From: an uncultured Clostridia bacterium
GTDB lineage: Bacteria; Bacillota; Clostridia; TANB77; CAG-508
Reading direction: 5' to 3'
Assembly: GCA_904381285.1 (NCBI GenBank)
Contig: CAJFII010000007.1
Span: 10,958-74,957 of the forward strand
Length of the DNA: 64,000 nucleotides
Shown one piece after another: positions 30,983 through 41,266 of this stretch. The notes below the pieces were generated by a model. It saw only the letters and a program-made list of their open reading frames with translations, searched no databases and was not told the DNA's origin. Position 1 is the stretch's first letter. Every line of letters begins with the position of its first letter. Both the position numbers and the translations under genes were made by a program.

Positions 30983-31450
30983 ATGGAATTAACTAAAAAT
31001 ATATTCTTTAATACCGATAAATTAATAGAAAATTCAACTGTTAAAATTTCTTATTCAGGAAAATTATTTCAAGAAAATGCAGAAAGAGTGTTTATTCATT
31101 ATGGGTTTGGTTTACTTTGGGATAATTTAAATGAAATAGAAATGGAAAAAACAGAACTTGGTTTTCAAGCAGAAATTAAACTTGAATCTTTCGATACTTT
31201 CAATTTCTGTTTTAAAGATGAAAATAATTGTTGGGATAATAACAATGGAAATAATTATATTTTTCCAATCGAAAAGAATGTTATGTCTTTAGTTGCAACA
31301 GAACAAGATGAATTAAGTATGATTACGCCTAGAAGATTAAGAAAATCTTATATATGGAGTAAAAAAGTACGTCTTGCTATCTATAAAATTATTACTTATA
31401 TTCCAAAAATTATCTCTGGAAATTATAAAAGAAAAGTAACTGAACAATAA
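30983..31450 (+). CDS. Hypothetical protein with starch-binding-module-like motif (CBM25/26-like)
   Basis: Pattern YSGKLF..A..VF.HYGFG.LW......M........F.A.I.....F.F.D...WDNNNG.NY resembles CBM25/26 carbohydrate-binding modules. Tentative. Confidence 0.3.
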   Translation: MELTKNIFFNTDKLIENSTVKISYSGKLFQENAERVFIHYGFGLLWDNLNEIEMEKTELGFQAEIKLESFDTFNFCFKDENNCWDNNNGNNYIFPIEKNVMSLVATEQDELSMITPRRLRKSYIWSKKVRLAIYKIITYIPKIISGNYKRKVTEQ

Positions 31451-31480
31451 ATAAATTAAAGACGGATTTAATCCGTCTTT

Positions 31481-32206
31481 TTAAATTACCCAACCACCAT
31501 TTGGAGATATAATTTGACCTGTTGTATAGCTATCTTCTATTAACCATTTTGCACATTTTGCAACCTCTTGAGGTGTTCCAAATCTTCCTAGTGGTATTTG
31601 ATTATTTACTTCTTCTATTTCTTCTTTTGTTAAATTTTTATTCATATCAGTCATAATTGCACCAGGCGCTATTGAATTTACACGTATTTCAGATGGTGCA
31701 AGTTCTTTAGCTAATGCCTTAGTCAATCCATCCATTCCAGCTTTACTAACAGAATAAGCAACTTCACATGAGGCTCCTGTTATTCCCCAAATAGATGAAA
31801 TGTTTATAATAGTTCCTTTTTTATTATGAATCATATCTTTAACAACTTCTTGTGTCATATAAAATGCCGAATTAAGATTACAAGAAATTATTTCATTCCA
31901 ATCTGCATCTGTAATATCAGTAAATAATTGCCATTTATCAATTCCTGCATTATTAATTAAAATATCAATTTCACCAAATTTTTCTTTTGCATATGATACA
32001 AGTTTTTTTGCCTCTTCTCTTTTAGACACATCAGCTTTATATATTTCCACATTACATCCATCTTGCGTTAATTCTTGTCTTAAATCTTTAGCTGCCTGTT
32101 CAGACTTATTATAATTAATTACTACATTTATTCCATTTTTTGCAAGTTCTTCAACTATTGCTTTACCTATACCCTTTGCTCCACCTGTTACAATTGCTGT
32201 ACTCAT
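31481..32206 (-). CDS. Short-chain dehydrogenase/reductase, FabG-like 3-oxoacyl-ACP reductase
   Basis: TGGAKGIGKAI Rossmann motif, NNAG, and a YSVSKAG catalytic YxxxK. AGGAGG RBS. Confidence 0.8.
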   Translation of the reverse strand: MSTAIVTGGAKGIGKAIVEELAKNGINVVINYNKSEQAAKDLRQELTQDGCNVEIYKADVSKREEAKKLVSYAKEKFGEIDILINNAGIDKWQLFTDITDADWNEIISCNLNSAFYMTQEVVKDMIHNKKGTIINISSIWGITGASCEVAYSVSKAGMDGLTKALAKELAPSEIRVNSIAPGAIMTDMNKNLTKEEIEEVNNQIPLGRFGTPQEVAKCAKWLIEDSYTTGQIISPNGGWVI

Positions 32207-32281
32207 TTATTCCTCCTAATTTTATATAAAATAAAAAGCCAATAATTAAGAGCTTTCTCAAAACTATTGACCTTTTTCTTA

Positions 32282-32358
32282 TGGAGCCACTTCTCAGATT
32301 CGAACTGAGGACCCCCGCATTACAAGTGCGGTGCTCTGGCCAACTGAGCTAAAGTGGC
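32282..32358 (-). tRNA. tRNA-Thr (anticodon TGT)
   Basis: Manual fold: acceptor GCCACTT/AAGTGGC, anticodon loop CTTGTAA, T-arm GGGGGTCCTCAGTTCGAATCTGAG, CCA. Confidence 0.85.
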
Positions 32359-32360
32359 GT

Positions 32361-32435
32361 TGGTGACCCGTACGGGATTCGAACCCATGTCTCCGCCGTG
32401 AAAGGGCGGTGTATTAACCTCTTTACCAACGGGCC
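32361..32435 (-). tRNA. tRNA-Glu (anticodon TTC)
   Basis: Manual fold: GGCCCGTTGGTAAAGAGG..., anticodon loop CTTTCAC, T-arm GTTCGAATCC, CCA. Confidence 0.85.
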
Positions 32436-32474
32436 AAATATAAAAGAATGCTAAATTTTCATTTAGTATTCTTT

Positions 32475-32550
32475 TGGTGAGCCATCGCAGACTCGAACTG
32501 CGGACAACTTGATTAAAAGTCAAGTGCTCTACCACCTGAGCTAATGGCCC
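32475..32550 (-). tRNA. tRNA-Lys (anticodon TTT)
   Basis: Manual fold: GGGCCATTAGCTCAGGTGGTAGAGC, anticodon loop CTTTTAA, T-arm GTTCGAGTC, CCA. Confidence 0.85.
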
Positions 32551-32700
32551 AAAAATGTACCCGTAAAATAGGTACTCTAATATGTTACTACATTTTTCAT
32601 GTTCTGTCAATCTTTTTTTCATAATTTTTTCATGTTTTTGTAACTTTTTTATCACATTTTTATTTTGCATAGCTTTTTTGAATAATTTTAAAGAAGAAAA

Positions 32701-32895
32701 TTACGCATTTAGTTCATTTAAAATTTCTTCAACATCTATTCCATGTACCATACAAGCTTCTTCTATAGTTTCTTCTTGTGATGCTGGACAACCTAAGCAG
32801 TGCATTCCTGCATTTAATAATATTTCTGCTTTTTCTGGAGCAATTTCTAATAATTCTCCTATTTTTGTTGTTTTTTCTATTTTCATATATCTCAC
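32701..32895 (-). CDS. DUF1858-family small redox/disulfide protein
   Basis: 64 aa with a GMHCLGCP motif typical of DUF1858 hybrid-cluster-associated proteins. Confidence 0.6.
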   Translation of the reverse strand: MRYMKIEKTTKIGELLEIAPEKAEILLNAGMHCLGCPASQEETIEEACMVHGIDVEEILNELNA

Positions 32896-32995
32896 CTCTC
32901 TTTTAATTTCTCATATTTTATCATATTTATTCAAAAAAGTATAGACAAATTTATTTTTTTGTTGTATGATTGTGTCATTGTTAGGTGGTGATAAA

Positions 32996-33142
32996 ATGAA
33001 TGCTTTAATTAATCTCTTTTTTATCACTTTCATTATTAATATTTTTACTGTTTTTTATTCAATCTATACTTTTTTCGATATTAAAATTTTCCATAATTTA
33101 CAGGGAGCAAAATTAAATATCAAAAAACGTGACTTTAATTAG
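32996..33142 (+). CDS. Possible small hydrophobic protein (48 aa) translationally coupled to the VirD4-like gene
   Basis: GGTGGTGA RBS 5 nt before the ATG. It encodes MNALINLFFITFIINIFTVFYSIYTFFDIK..., and its stop overlaps the AGGAGG RBS of the next gene. It falls below the ORF-track size cutoff. Confidence 0.3.
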   Translation: MNALINLFFITFIINIFTVFYSIYTFFDIKIFHNLQGAKLNIKKRDFN

Positions 33143-33151
33143 GAGGTTTTT

Positions 33152-34876
33152 ATGACCATAAAAAAAGTTTTTCATAGGCTATTTTTTTGTTTTATTTTTT
33201 GGTTTATAGTCTGTTTAATTGGCTTTATATTGTTTAAACCTATTTATTTATCTAATTCTATAATTATTCCATATTCTCTACATCCTTATGATATATGTAT
33301 TACAAAACCGGATTTATGGAGAACAATCAAAATTTGTTTTATTATTTTTTATATAATTTCATCAATTATTTATTCAAATTTTTTATATTCTTTATTTTTC
33401 CGAAAATATTTAATTAATAAAGAAAAAATAGATAAAAAAAACAATAATCTTATTAAACCAATTTCTAATAGTAAAAATTTATTTTTATTTGTTGGAAAAA
33501 ATGAAAATGATAATTTAGTTTATATTCCAGAAAAAAGTTTATACCAAAATATTTTAATTACTGGCACTATTGGTAGTGGAAAAACAAGTTCATGCATGTA
33601 TCCTTTTACAAAACAATTAATTAGTTTTAATAAAAATGATATTAATTCTAAATTAGGTATGTTAATTTTAGATGTAAAAGGAAATTATTATCGCGAAGTT
33701 ATTAATTTTGCAAAAAACGCAAATCGTTTAGATGATTTATTTATTATTGAACTTGGTAAAAATGTTAAGTATAATCCTCTCGACAAGCCAAATTTAAAAC
33801 CCAGTGTACTTGCAAACAGATTAAAAACTATTCTTATGCTTTTTTCTCCAAACAATTCCGAATCATATTGGCTTGATAAAGTAGAACAAGTTCTGACAGA
33901 AGCAATTAAATTTTGTAGGTTATATAATGATGGATATGTTACTTTTTTAGAACTTCATAAATTAATTACAATTCCAAATTATTTCATTGATAAATTAGAC
34001 ATAATAAAAGATATTTTTATATCTGGAAAACTATCTAAAAAAGATTGTTATGATGCGATTTCTTCAGTTGAATTTTTCGAAAAAGAATTTAATTCTTTAG
34101 ATAACAGAACTTCTTCTATTATTAAATCAGAAATTACTCGTATTACAAATTGTTTTGTTTCAGATTATGATGTAATGAATACTTTTTGTCCTAAAAAAGA
34201 AGATATTACTTTTCCTGGCTTTAGAGATTTAGTAGATAATGGTAAAATTGTTGTCTTAAATATGAATATTGCAGAATATAGAAATTTATCTAAAATTATT
34301 GCCACTTATTTAAAGTTAGATTTTCAAACAGAAGTTATGAATAGACTTAATAGGTATAGTGATAATTCTTTCAGAAGTGTAGCCTTTATTTGTGACGAAT
34401 TTCATGAATATTGTTCTAGTTCAGATGCAGATTTCTTTGCCCAATCAAGAGAAGCGAAATGTATAAATATAGTTGCAACACAAAGTTATTCTTCCTTATT
34501 AAACTCTATTAATAATCAATATGCTGTAAAAGTAATTATACAAAATTTAATAAACAAATTTTGGTTTAGAACTGATGACATTAATACAATTGATGATATT
34601 CAAAAACAAATTGGTAAAGAAGATAAAATTAAAGTATCTAAGAGCATTTCTGAAAATGCTAAAGAAACTCATTATAGTTATTTCACAAAATCTTTAAATT
34701 CCAAAGATTCTAATTTGTCTGAGAGTATAAGTGAATATGTCCAAAATGATTATATTTACGATACTAATTTTTTCACTATGGAATTAGAAACATTTTCTTG
34801 CTTATCTTTTTTGTCTGATGGATATAAAATTTTAAAACCCATGAAATTAAAATTAATTCCCTATTTTTTAAAATAA
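33152..34876 (+). CDS. Type IV secretion coupling protein (VirD4/TraG/TraD-like) with N-terminal TM helices
   Basis: Two or three N-terminal TM helices. Walker A ITGTIGSGKTSS, followed by LILDVKGNY (T4CP DPKGE-like motif) and NPLD. FICDEFHEY is Walker-B-like, and ATQSYSSL is a C-terminal T4CP-type motif. Confidence 0.7.
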   Translation: MTIKKVFHRLFFCFIFWFIVCLIGFILFKPIYLSNSIIIPYSLHPYDICITKPDLWRTIKICFIIFYIISSIIYSNFLYSLFFRKYLINKEKIDKKNNNLIKPISNSKNLFLFVGKNENDNLVYIPEKSLYQNILITGTIGSGKTSSCMYPFTKQLISFNKNDINSKLGMLILDVKGNYYREVINFAKNANRLDDLFIIELGKNVKYNPLDKPNLKPSVLANRLKTILMLFSPNNSESYWLDKVEQVLTEAIKFCRLYNDGYVTFLELHKLITIPNYFIDKLDIIKDIFISGKLSKKDCYDAISSVEFFEKEFNSLDNRTSSIIKSEITRITNCFVSDYDVMNTFCPKKEDITFPGFRDLVDNGKIVVLNMNIAEYRNLSKIIATYLKLDFQTEVMNRLNRYSDNSFRSVAFICDEFHEYCSSSDADFFAQSREAKCINIVATQSYSSLLNSINNQYAVKVIIQNLINKFWFRTDDINTIDDIQKQIGKEDKIKVSKSISENAKETHYSYFTKSLNSKDSNLSESISEYVQNDYIYDTNFFTMELETFSCLSFLSDGYKILKPMKLKLIPYFLK

Positions 34877-34899
34877 TTTTATTTTAGGAGGTATTATAT

Positions 34900-35229
34900 A
34901 TGAAAAACAAAAAATTATTTTTTACACTATTTACTTTATTTTTATTTATTATTATTTTATTTTCATTTAATAATTATTCTTACTGTGCAGATCAAAAACT
35001 TGTAAACACTATAAACAAAGCATTTGAGCAAATACAAGATTGGTTATTAAAACTTGCCACTCCTGCCGCTGCAGTTGCTGTTGGTACTGGTGTTTTTATG
35101 AAAAAATTCAGTTTTGGAGATGAAGAAAGAATTAGAATTGGAAAAAAATTAATTAAAAGTTCTCTATTTTCTTATGCTTTTATTTTAGCTATTGATTTAA
35201 TTTTATCTGCTATTAAATCTCTAATTTGA
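34900..35229 (+). CDS. Small secreted/membrane protein, candidate VirB2/TrbC-like pilin
   Basis: 109 aa with an N-terminal signal/TM segment, then two hydrophobic helices (ATPAAAVAVGTGVF..., SLFSYAFILAIDLILSAI). Its position is directly after the T4CP. Confidence 0.35.
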   Translation: MKNKKLFFTLFTLFLFIIILFSFNNYSYCADQKLVNTINKAFEQIQDWLLKLATPAAAVAVGTGVFMKKFSFGDEERIRIGKKLIKSSLFSYAFILAIDLILSAIKSLI

Positions 35230-35244
35230 TAGGAGGTTAATTTA

Positions 35245-36123
35245 TTGGAAGAAGAAGTAAATATAACAGAAATAATAATCGATTCTATTAATACAATTTT
35301 TCAAACTATTTTCTCCTCTATTGATAATAATTTATATTCTATTATTGATGAAATTACTTTTATAAATACAGATATTTTGAACACATCTTATTTTAGAAGT
35401 ATTTTTGGAACTTCAACAACTAATGGAATTTTATTAATTGCTAATTCTCTTGTTCTAGGATTTTTTCTCTATTATTGTTTCAAATTATTGTTATCAAATC
35501 TTTTAATAACCCAGACAGAACGACCTGTTAGTTTTATTTTTAAATTATTAATTTTTTGTATCTGTATGAATTCTTCAATATTTATTTGTGAACAACTTAT
35601 ATTTATTACTAGTTCTATTTCTTCTGCAATACGAGAATTAGGAAATAATTTATTTGGCTCAACTATAAGTTTTTCTACTTTGGTAGACAAGCTTAATATG
35701 ATGATACAAATAGAAGAAAATAGTTTCACTATTTTTTCTATTGATGGCCTATTAAAGAGCATTATTTCAATTGGCTTTTTAAATTTAACTTTTTCGTATG
35801 CACTTAGATATATAATGATAAAAGTATTTGTTCTTATTTCTCCTTTTGCTTTCTTATCTCTTAGTGTTAATTCTACCTCTAGCTTTTTCAAAGCTTGGAT
35901 TAAATGCTTTTTATCCTTATTATTTATACAAATATTGGTTTCATTTGTATTATTAATAATTTTTTCAATAGATTTTAGCTCTAATAATATTTTTTCTAAA
36001 TTTTTAATTTGTGGCTCAATCTTTGCTTTATTAAAAGCTAATTCTTATGTTAAAGAATTTATGGGTGGAATTAGTACCGATATTTCTAATAGTTTTAATG
36101 GTATGAAATCTTTTATTAAATAA
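35245..36123 (+). CDS. Polytopic membrane protein, candidate VirB6/TrbL-like channel component
   Basis: 292 aa with about 5-6 TM helices. TTG start with a TAGGAGGT RBS. It lies within the T4SS-like gene string. Confidence 0.35.
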   Translation: MEEEVNITEIIIDSINTIFQTIFSSIDNNLYSIIDEITFINTDILNTSYFRSIFGTSTTNGILLIANSLVLGFFLYYCFKLLLSNLLITQTERPVSFIFKLLIFCICMNSSIFICEQLIFITSSISSAIRELGNNLFGSTISFSTLVDKLNMMIQIEENSFTIFSIDGLLKSIISIGFLNLTFSYALRYIMIKVFVLISPFAFLSLSVNSTSSFFKAWIKCFLSLLFIQILVSFVLLIIFSIDFSSNNIFSKFLICGSIFALLKANSYVKEFMGGISTDISNSFNGMKSFIK

Positions 36124-36138
36124 TATTGGAGGTAACAT

Positions 36139-36423
36139 ATGAAATTTATATTTCCTCAAAATTATAATTTTAATAGTAAATTATTTGGTTTTATTGATTA
36201 TTCAACTGCTATATTAAATATTGTTTGGTTTAGTTTTATTTTTTGCTTTATTAATTTGTTCTTTTCTAATTTAAATTTTAAAATTTTTTTATTTATTGTT
36301 TTATGCTTTCCTGTACTGCTTTTTAGCATAATTGGATTTAATCACGAAAATATTATATATGTTTTTTTATATGTTTCTAAATATATTCGTAACCCTAAAG
36401 TATACCTATATAAGAAGTATTAG
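36139..36423 (+). CDS. Small two-TM membrane protein, candidate VirB3/PrgI-like
   Basis: 94 aa with two TM helices. This is the position where a VirB3-like gene normally precedes virB4. Confidence 0.3.
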   Translation: MKFIFPQNYNFNSKLFGFIDYSTAILNIVWFSFIFCFINLFFSNLNFKIFLFIVLCFPVLLFSIIGFNHENIIYVFLYVSKYIRNPKVYLYKKY

Positions 36424-36584
36424 TAGTTGCGTATTTTATATTTATAGTAGTCTCTGTCTTGTAAGCATCATATTAATTTTTATTCTACTTTTTGTTGTAT
36501 TAATTCTGTTAAAATGATATAATTTGATATATTACTACATAAGATAAAAATTTATATATAATGTATACAAGGAGAGACCTATTT

Positions 36585-37550
36585 ATGAAATTAGAGCAAA
36601 ATGATTTATCTATGATTTTTTCCACAACAGAAATTTCAGACATCTTTTTTACAGAATATTTATCACAAGCATCAGGTGACTATATAAAAGTTTACTTATA
36701 TATAGTATTTTTATCTAAATATGGAAAAGACGTTAAATTAAATGATTTAGCGAAAAAACTTTCTTTACCACTAAAAATAATACAAGATGCACTTAAATAT
36801 TGGGAAGATGAAGAAGTTATTACTAAAAAAAATACTGGATATATAGTAAATAGTCTTCAAGAAATAGAACTTCATAAATTATATAAACCAAAACTTTCAA
36901 CTACTGCTGATGTAGAAAAGAACTCAAAAAATCAATATAGAGCAAAAGCAATTGATGCAATTAATACTTCATTCTTCCAAGGAGTAATGTCTCCATCTTG
37001 GTATAATGATATAGATTTATGGTTTAAAAAATACAATTTTGATGAACAAGTAATGCTTGCCTTATTCAGATATTGTTTTGAAAGATCTGCATTGCATAGA
37101 AATTATATTCAAACAGTTGCTGAGGCATGGTATAAAAATAATATAAAAACATTTTCAGATTTAGATTTATATTATCAAAAACAAGAAAAATTAAATATTA
37201 TAAAAAAATCAATTTCAAAAAAATTAGGATTAAATAGGGGATTAACTCAGTATGAAGAAGCATATATTGAAAAATGGGTTGTAGATTTTGGTTTTTCATT
37301 AGAAATTATAGAACTTGCTCTAAAACGAACCACTTCTAAATCTAACCCTAGTTTTGATTATATAGATAAAATTCTTTGTGATTGGAATGATAGAAATTTA
37401 AAAACTGTGGCAGATGTACAAAAATTTTTATCTGACATGAAAACTAAAAAGGCTAATATAAAAGATTTGGAGAAAAAAAGCTATAATAATTATGAACAAC
37501 GAAAATATGATAATTTTGATTCTCTTTATGCAAATGTTCAAAAAGCTTAA
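36585..37550 (+). CDS. DnaD-domain replication initiation/primosome protein
   Basis: N-terminal wHTH-like region plus C-terminal DnaD-like domain (...YIEKWVVDFGFSLEIIELALKRT...). The preferred start is the ATG at 36585 (AAGGAGAG RBS 8 nt upstream) rather than 36561. An extended -10 (TGATATAAT) lies at about 36510. Confidence 0.7.
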   Translation: MKLEQNDLSMIFSTTEISDIFFTEYLSQASGDYIKVYLYIVFLSKYGKDVKLNDLAKKLSLPLKIIQDALKYWEDEEVITKKNTGYIVNSLQEIELHKLYKPKLSTTADVEKNSKNQYRAKAIDAINTSFFQGVMSPSWYNDIDLWFKKYNFDEQVMLALFRYCFERSALHRNYIQTVAEAWYKNNIKTFSDLDLYYQKQEKLNIIKKSISKKLGLNRGLTQYEEAYIEKWVVDFGFSLEIIELALKRTTSKSNPSFDYIDKILCDWNDRNLKTVADVQKFLSDMKTKKANIKDLEKKSYNNYEQRKYDNFDSLYANVQKA

Positions 37551-37573
37551 AAAAATATTTAGGAGTTTTACTT

Positions 37574-38572
37574 ATGAATGATTCTACTCTAAAAAATTTA
37601 TTAAAAGAATATGATAAAAAAAGGCAATTAGCTTTTCTTGATTTAGATAAAAGAAAACAAGAATTATTTTCTTCTAACAAAAGATTAGAAGAAATAGATA
37701 ATGAAATAAATTCATATTCGATACAAATTGCAAAAACTATTTTATCTTCACCAAACAATACTACTTTTTTGGACAGTTTAAGAAATAAAATAGATACTTT
37801 AAAAAATGAAAAAAATACACTTATAAAAAGTTTAAATATAGATGATGATTTTTTTAAACCTCATTTTGAATGTAATCTATGTAATGATACAGGTTATGTT
37901 CAAGATGGATATAATTTTAATTTATGTTCTTGTATTAAACAAAAATTATTTGATATAGAATATAATAAATCTAATATTGGTAATTTAGAAAAAGATAATT
38001 TTGATAATTTTAATTTAAATTTATATTCTAACACTATTAATGAAGAATTGTATTCTTCAAATTTATCTCCTAGAGATAATATTAAAAACATAAAAAAAAT
38101 TGCTTTATCTTTTATAAATAATTTTGATAATAGCAATGAAAAAAATTTACTATTTACAGGTAATACTGGTCTTGGAAAAACCTTTTTATCTAATTGTATT
38201 GCAAATGAATTATTAAAAAAAGGAAAAACAGTTCTTTACCAAACAGCTTCTGTTATGTTAGATTCAATAATAGATTATAGGTTTAATAAAAATTCATCTA
38301 TAGATATGTATGAAAATATTTTAACTGTTGATTTATTAATAATTGACGATTTAGGAACAGAATGTATGAACAGTATGAAATTTAGTGAATTGTTTAATAT
38401 TATAAATACTAGATTATTAAATCAAAACAATCATATAACTAAAACAATTATTTCTACTAATTTAAATTTACAAGAATTAAGCCAAAAATATGATGAAAGA
38501 ATCTTTTCAAGATTTGTTGGTTATTATAATATTTGTAGATTTTTTGGAGAAGATATTCGTTTTAAAAAATGA
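37574..38572 (+). CDS. DnaI/DnaC-like helicase loader AAA+ ATPase with N-terminal zinc-finger region
   Basis: CNLCNDTGYV...CSC Cys cluster, Walker A LLFTGNTGLGKTFLSNCIA, Walker B LLIIDDLGTE, and sensor residues. Confidence 0.8.
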   Translation: MNDSTLKNLLKEYDKKRQLAFLDLDKRKQELFSSNKRLEEIDNEINSYSIQIAKTILSSPNNTTFLDSLRNKIDTLKNEKNTLIKSLNIDDDFFKPHFECNLCNDTGYVQDGYNFNLCSCIKQKLFDIEYNKSNIGNLEKDNFDNFNLNLYSNTINEELYSSNLSPRDNIKNIKKIALSFINNFDNSNEKNLLFTGNTGLGKTFLSNCIANELLKKGKTVLYQTASVMLDSIIDYRFNKNSSIDMYENILTVDLLIIDDLGTECMNSMKFSELFNIINTRLLNQNNHITKTIISTNLNLQELSQKYDERIFSRFVGYYNICRFFGEDIRFKK

Positions 38573-38574
38573 TA

Positions 38575-38665
38575 TTACCCACAATTTTTAATATATTGTG
38601 GGTAATATATTAACATTTTTATAGCTTTTGTGGAAAAAGATGTGTGGTAAATCACACATCTTTTT
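38575..38665. terminator. Two hairpin terminators between the convergent dnaI-like and gyrA genes
   Basis: ATATTACCCACAAT...ATTGTGGGTAATAT at 38575-38610, and AAAGATGTGTG...CACACATCTTTTT at 38625-38665. Confidence 0.6.
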
Positions 38666-38668
38666 TTA

Positions 38669-41110
38669 TTATTCATTAATATTTTCTTCATTTGATATTG
38701 TTTCAATACTTACAACTTTTGATCCGTCATTTGTTCTCATTAATGTAACACCTTGTGTAGATCTTCCAAGAACACTTACCTCTTTTACTGGTAACCTTAT
38801 TATTGTTCCTTTGTCTGTAATTAGCATAACATCCTCATCTTCTCCAGTAACTCTAATTCCTACTATTGTTCCTGTTTTTGGTGTTACTTTATATGTTATA
38901 ACTCCTTTTCCTCCTCTTGTTTGTACTCTATATTCGTCTAACTCTGTCCTTTTTCCAAATCCGTGTTCTGTTATAGCAAGTAAAGTGGCTTTCACACCAG
39001 TTATTATAGATTCCATACCAATTACATAGTCATCTTTATTTAATTTAATTCCAATAACACCTTGTGCTACTCTACCTATTGGTCGTACGTCTTTTTCGTC
39101 AAAAGTGATACTCATACCTTCTTTTGTAACTAATACAACATTGTCTTCTCCATCTGTAAGTCTTACACCAATTAACTCATCATCTTCTTTTAGAGTAATT
39201 CCTTGTAATCCTGTTTTTCTTGTTGTATTATACTCAGATAGCGCTGTCTTTTTAATTAATCCATTTCTTGTTGCCATTAATAAGAATTTTCCTTCAGCGA
39301 AGTTTTGTATTGGAATAACAGCTGATATTTTTTCTCCAGCATCTAAACTTAATAAATTTACTATTGCTGTTCCTTTTGCTGTTCTTCCAGCTTCTGGTAT
39401 CTCATATCCTCTTAATTTATACAATTTTCCTTTATTACTAAAGAATAAAATTGTATCATGTGTTGATGCTGTAAATATTTGTTTTACAAAATCTTCTTCT
39501 CTAGTTGCTATTCCTGTAATTCCTTTTCCACCTCTCTTTTGGCTTCTATATGTATCTATTGGCATTCTTTTTATGTATCCAAAATGTGTTAAAGCAATTA
39601 CTGCTTGCTCTTCTTTTATTAAATCTTCAACATCAAATTCTCCCTCTGCTGCAACGATTTTTGTTTTTCTTTCATCTCCAAATTTTTCTTTTATTTCTAA
39701 TAATTCTTCTTTTATAATATCGAAGACTAACTTTTCGCTTCCTAATATTTCTTTTAAATGAGCTATTAATTTCATTAATTCTTCATATTCTTCTTCTATT
39801 TTTTCTCTTTGTAATCCTGATAATGTTTTTAATCTCATATCTAGAATTGCTTGTGCTTGAATATCTGAAAGTCCAAATCTTTCCATTAATCTTTCTTTTG
39901 CATCATCATATGAAGAACGAATTATATTAATTACTTCATCTATATTATCCAAAGCAATTTTTAATCCTTCTAGTATATGTGCTCTAGCCTCAGCTTTATC
40001 TAGTTCAAATTTTGTTCTACGTAAAATAACTTCTTTTCTGTGGTCCAAATAGTAATCTATACATTGTCTTAATGTTAATATTTTGGGTTCTCCGTTTACA
40101 AGAGCTAGCATAATAATTCCAAAAGTATCTTGCATTTGTGTATTTTTATATAATTGATTCAAAACAACTTGTGCATTTGCATCTCTTTTTAATTCAATAA
40201 CAATTCTTACTTTATCTTTTCTATCTGATTCATCTCTTAGTTCTGATATTCCTTCAATTCTTTTATCTCTAACTAAATGTGAAATATTTTCGATTAATTT
40301 AGCTTTATTTACTTGATATGGTAATGATGAAACTATTATTCTTTGCTTATTACCACTCATTTCTTCTATTTCTGCTTCTGCTCTTACTATAATTTTTCCT
40401 TTACCTGTTGTATAGGCTTCTTTAATACCTTCTCTTCCTAGAATTATTCCTTCTGTTGGAAAATCAGGTCCTTTTATTACTTGCATTAAAGCTTCATCTG
40501 TTACATTATCTTCATCTATTACTTTGATTATACCATTTATAACTTCTGTTAAATTATGTGGTGGTATATTTGTTGCCATACCTACTGCAATTCCAGATGA
40601 ACCATTTACTAATAAAGTTGGTATTCTTGCTGGTAATACTGTTGGCTCTTGTAATCTATCATCATAGTTAGGCATAAAATCTACTGTGTTTTTTTCAATA
40701 TCCATTAACATATAATTTGATATTTTTGCCATCCTTGCTTCTGTATACCTCATTGCAGCAGCACCATCACCATCTATTGAACCGAAGTTACCATGTCCAT
40801 CAATTAGTGGGTATCTAAGCGAAAAATCTTGTGCCATTCTAACCATTGCATCATACACAGAAGAATCTCCATGAGGATGATATCTTCCCAAAACAGAACC
40901 TACTGTATTAGCACATTTTCTGTATGGTTTATCAGATGTAATTCCATCTTCATGCATTGCATATAGAATTCTTCTATGAACTGGTTTTAATCCATCTCTT
41001 ACATCTGGTAATGCACGAGATACTATAACACTCATAGCATAGTCAATATAAGATGTTTTCATCTCGTTTTCAATATTTCTTTCTATAATTTTCTCTCCTG
41101 GTCTATCCAT
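38669..41110 (-). CDS. gyrA: DNA gyrase subunit A
   Basis: 813 aa. Active-site region ...AAAMRYTE..., and a C-terminal GyrA-box (QKRGGKG) which distinguishes GyrA from ParC. A consensus sigma-A promoter (TTGCAT-17-TATAAT) lies at about 41143-41176. Confidence 0.95.
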   Translation of the reverse strand: MDRPGEKIIERNIENEMKTSYIDYAMSVIVSRALPDVRDGLKPVHRRILYAMHEDGITSDKPYRKCANTVGSVLGRYHPHGDSSVYDAMVRMAQDFSLRYPLIDGHGNFGSIDGDGAAAMRYTEARMAKISNYMLMDIEKNTVDFMPNYDDRLQEPTVLPARIPTLLVNGSSGIAVGMATNIPPHNLTEVINGIIKVIDEDNVTDEALMQVIKGPDFPTEGIILGREGIKEAYTTGKGKIIVRAEAEIEEMSGNKQRIIVSSLPYQVNKAKLIENISHLVRDKRIEGISELRDESDRKDKVRIVIELKRDANAQVVLNQLYKNTQMQDTFGIIMLALVNGEPKILTLRQCIDYYLDHRKEVILRRTKFELDKAEARAHILEGLKIALDNIDEVINIIRSSYDDAKERLMERFGLSDIQAQAILDMRLKTLSGLQREKIEEEYEELMKLIAHLKEILGSEKLVFDIIKEELLEIKEKFGDERKTKIVAAEGEFDVEDLIKEEQAVIALTHFGYIKRMPIDTYRSQKRGGKGITGIATREEDFVKQIFTASTHDTILFFSNKGKLYKLRGYEIPEAGRTAKGTAIVNLLSLDAGEKISAVIPIQNFAEGKFLLMATRNGLIKKTALSEYNTTRKTGLQGITLKEDDELIGVRLTDGEDNVVLVTKEGMSITFDEKDVRPIGRVAQGVIGIKLNKDDYVIGMESIITGVKATLLAITEHGFGKRTELDEYRVQTRGGKGVITYKVTPKTGTIVGIRVTGEDEDVMLITDKGTIIRLPVKEVSVLGRSTQGVTLMRTNDGSKVVSIETISNEENINE

Positions 41111-41266
41111 TAAAATCCCTCTTTTTCGTATATTTTTAACCTAGTGTAATTATACTTTAACATACCAAAAAATGCAAGAAATTTTGACAAAAAAATATAG
41201 AAAAAAGCTTAATATTTCAATATTTTTTTTAATATTTTAGTATAATAATTTTCATATATTTTTTAA

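Noticed and set aside
32320-32670. 116-aa minus-strand ORF from the six-frame track
   Set aside because: It lies entirely over three tRNA genes (Thr, Glu, Lys), so it is a spurious translation of tRNA sequence.
36332-36517. 61-aa plus-strand ORF overlapping the 3' end of the VirB3-like gene and the dnaD promoter
   Set aside because: It overlaps a better-supported gene and a promoter region, and its translation is hydrophobic low-complexity sequence.
36561-38572. dnaD-like/dnaI-like pair as the replication module of the decayed conjugative element
   Set aside because: The long DnaI-type N-terminal zinc-finger domain, an own promoter and the origin-proximal location are more consistent with the host primosome genes known in Clostridia (DnaD-like plus DnaI-like). 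This cannot be excluded without comparative data.
38669-41110. Possibility that this is parC (topoisomerase IV) rather than gyrA, given its separation from gyrB
   Set aside because: The C-terminal domain carries a GyrA-box (QKRGGKG), and gyrB lies directly downstream of recF. The separation is due to an insertion.
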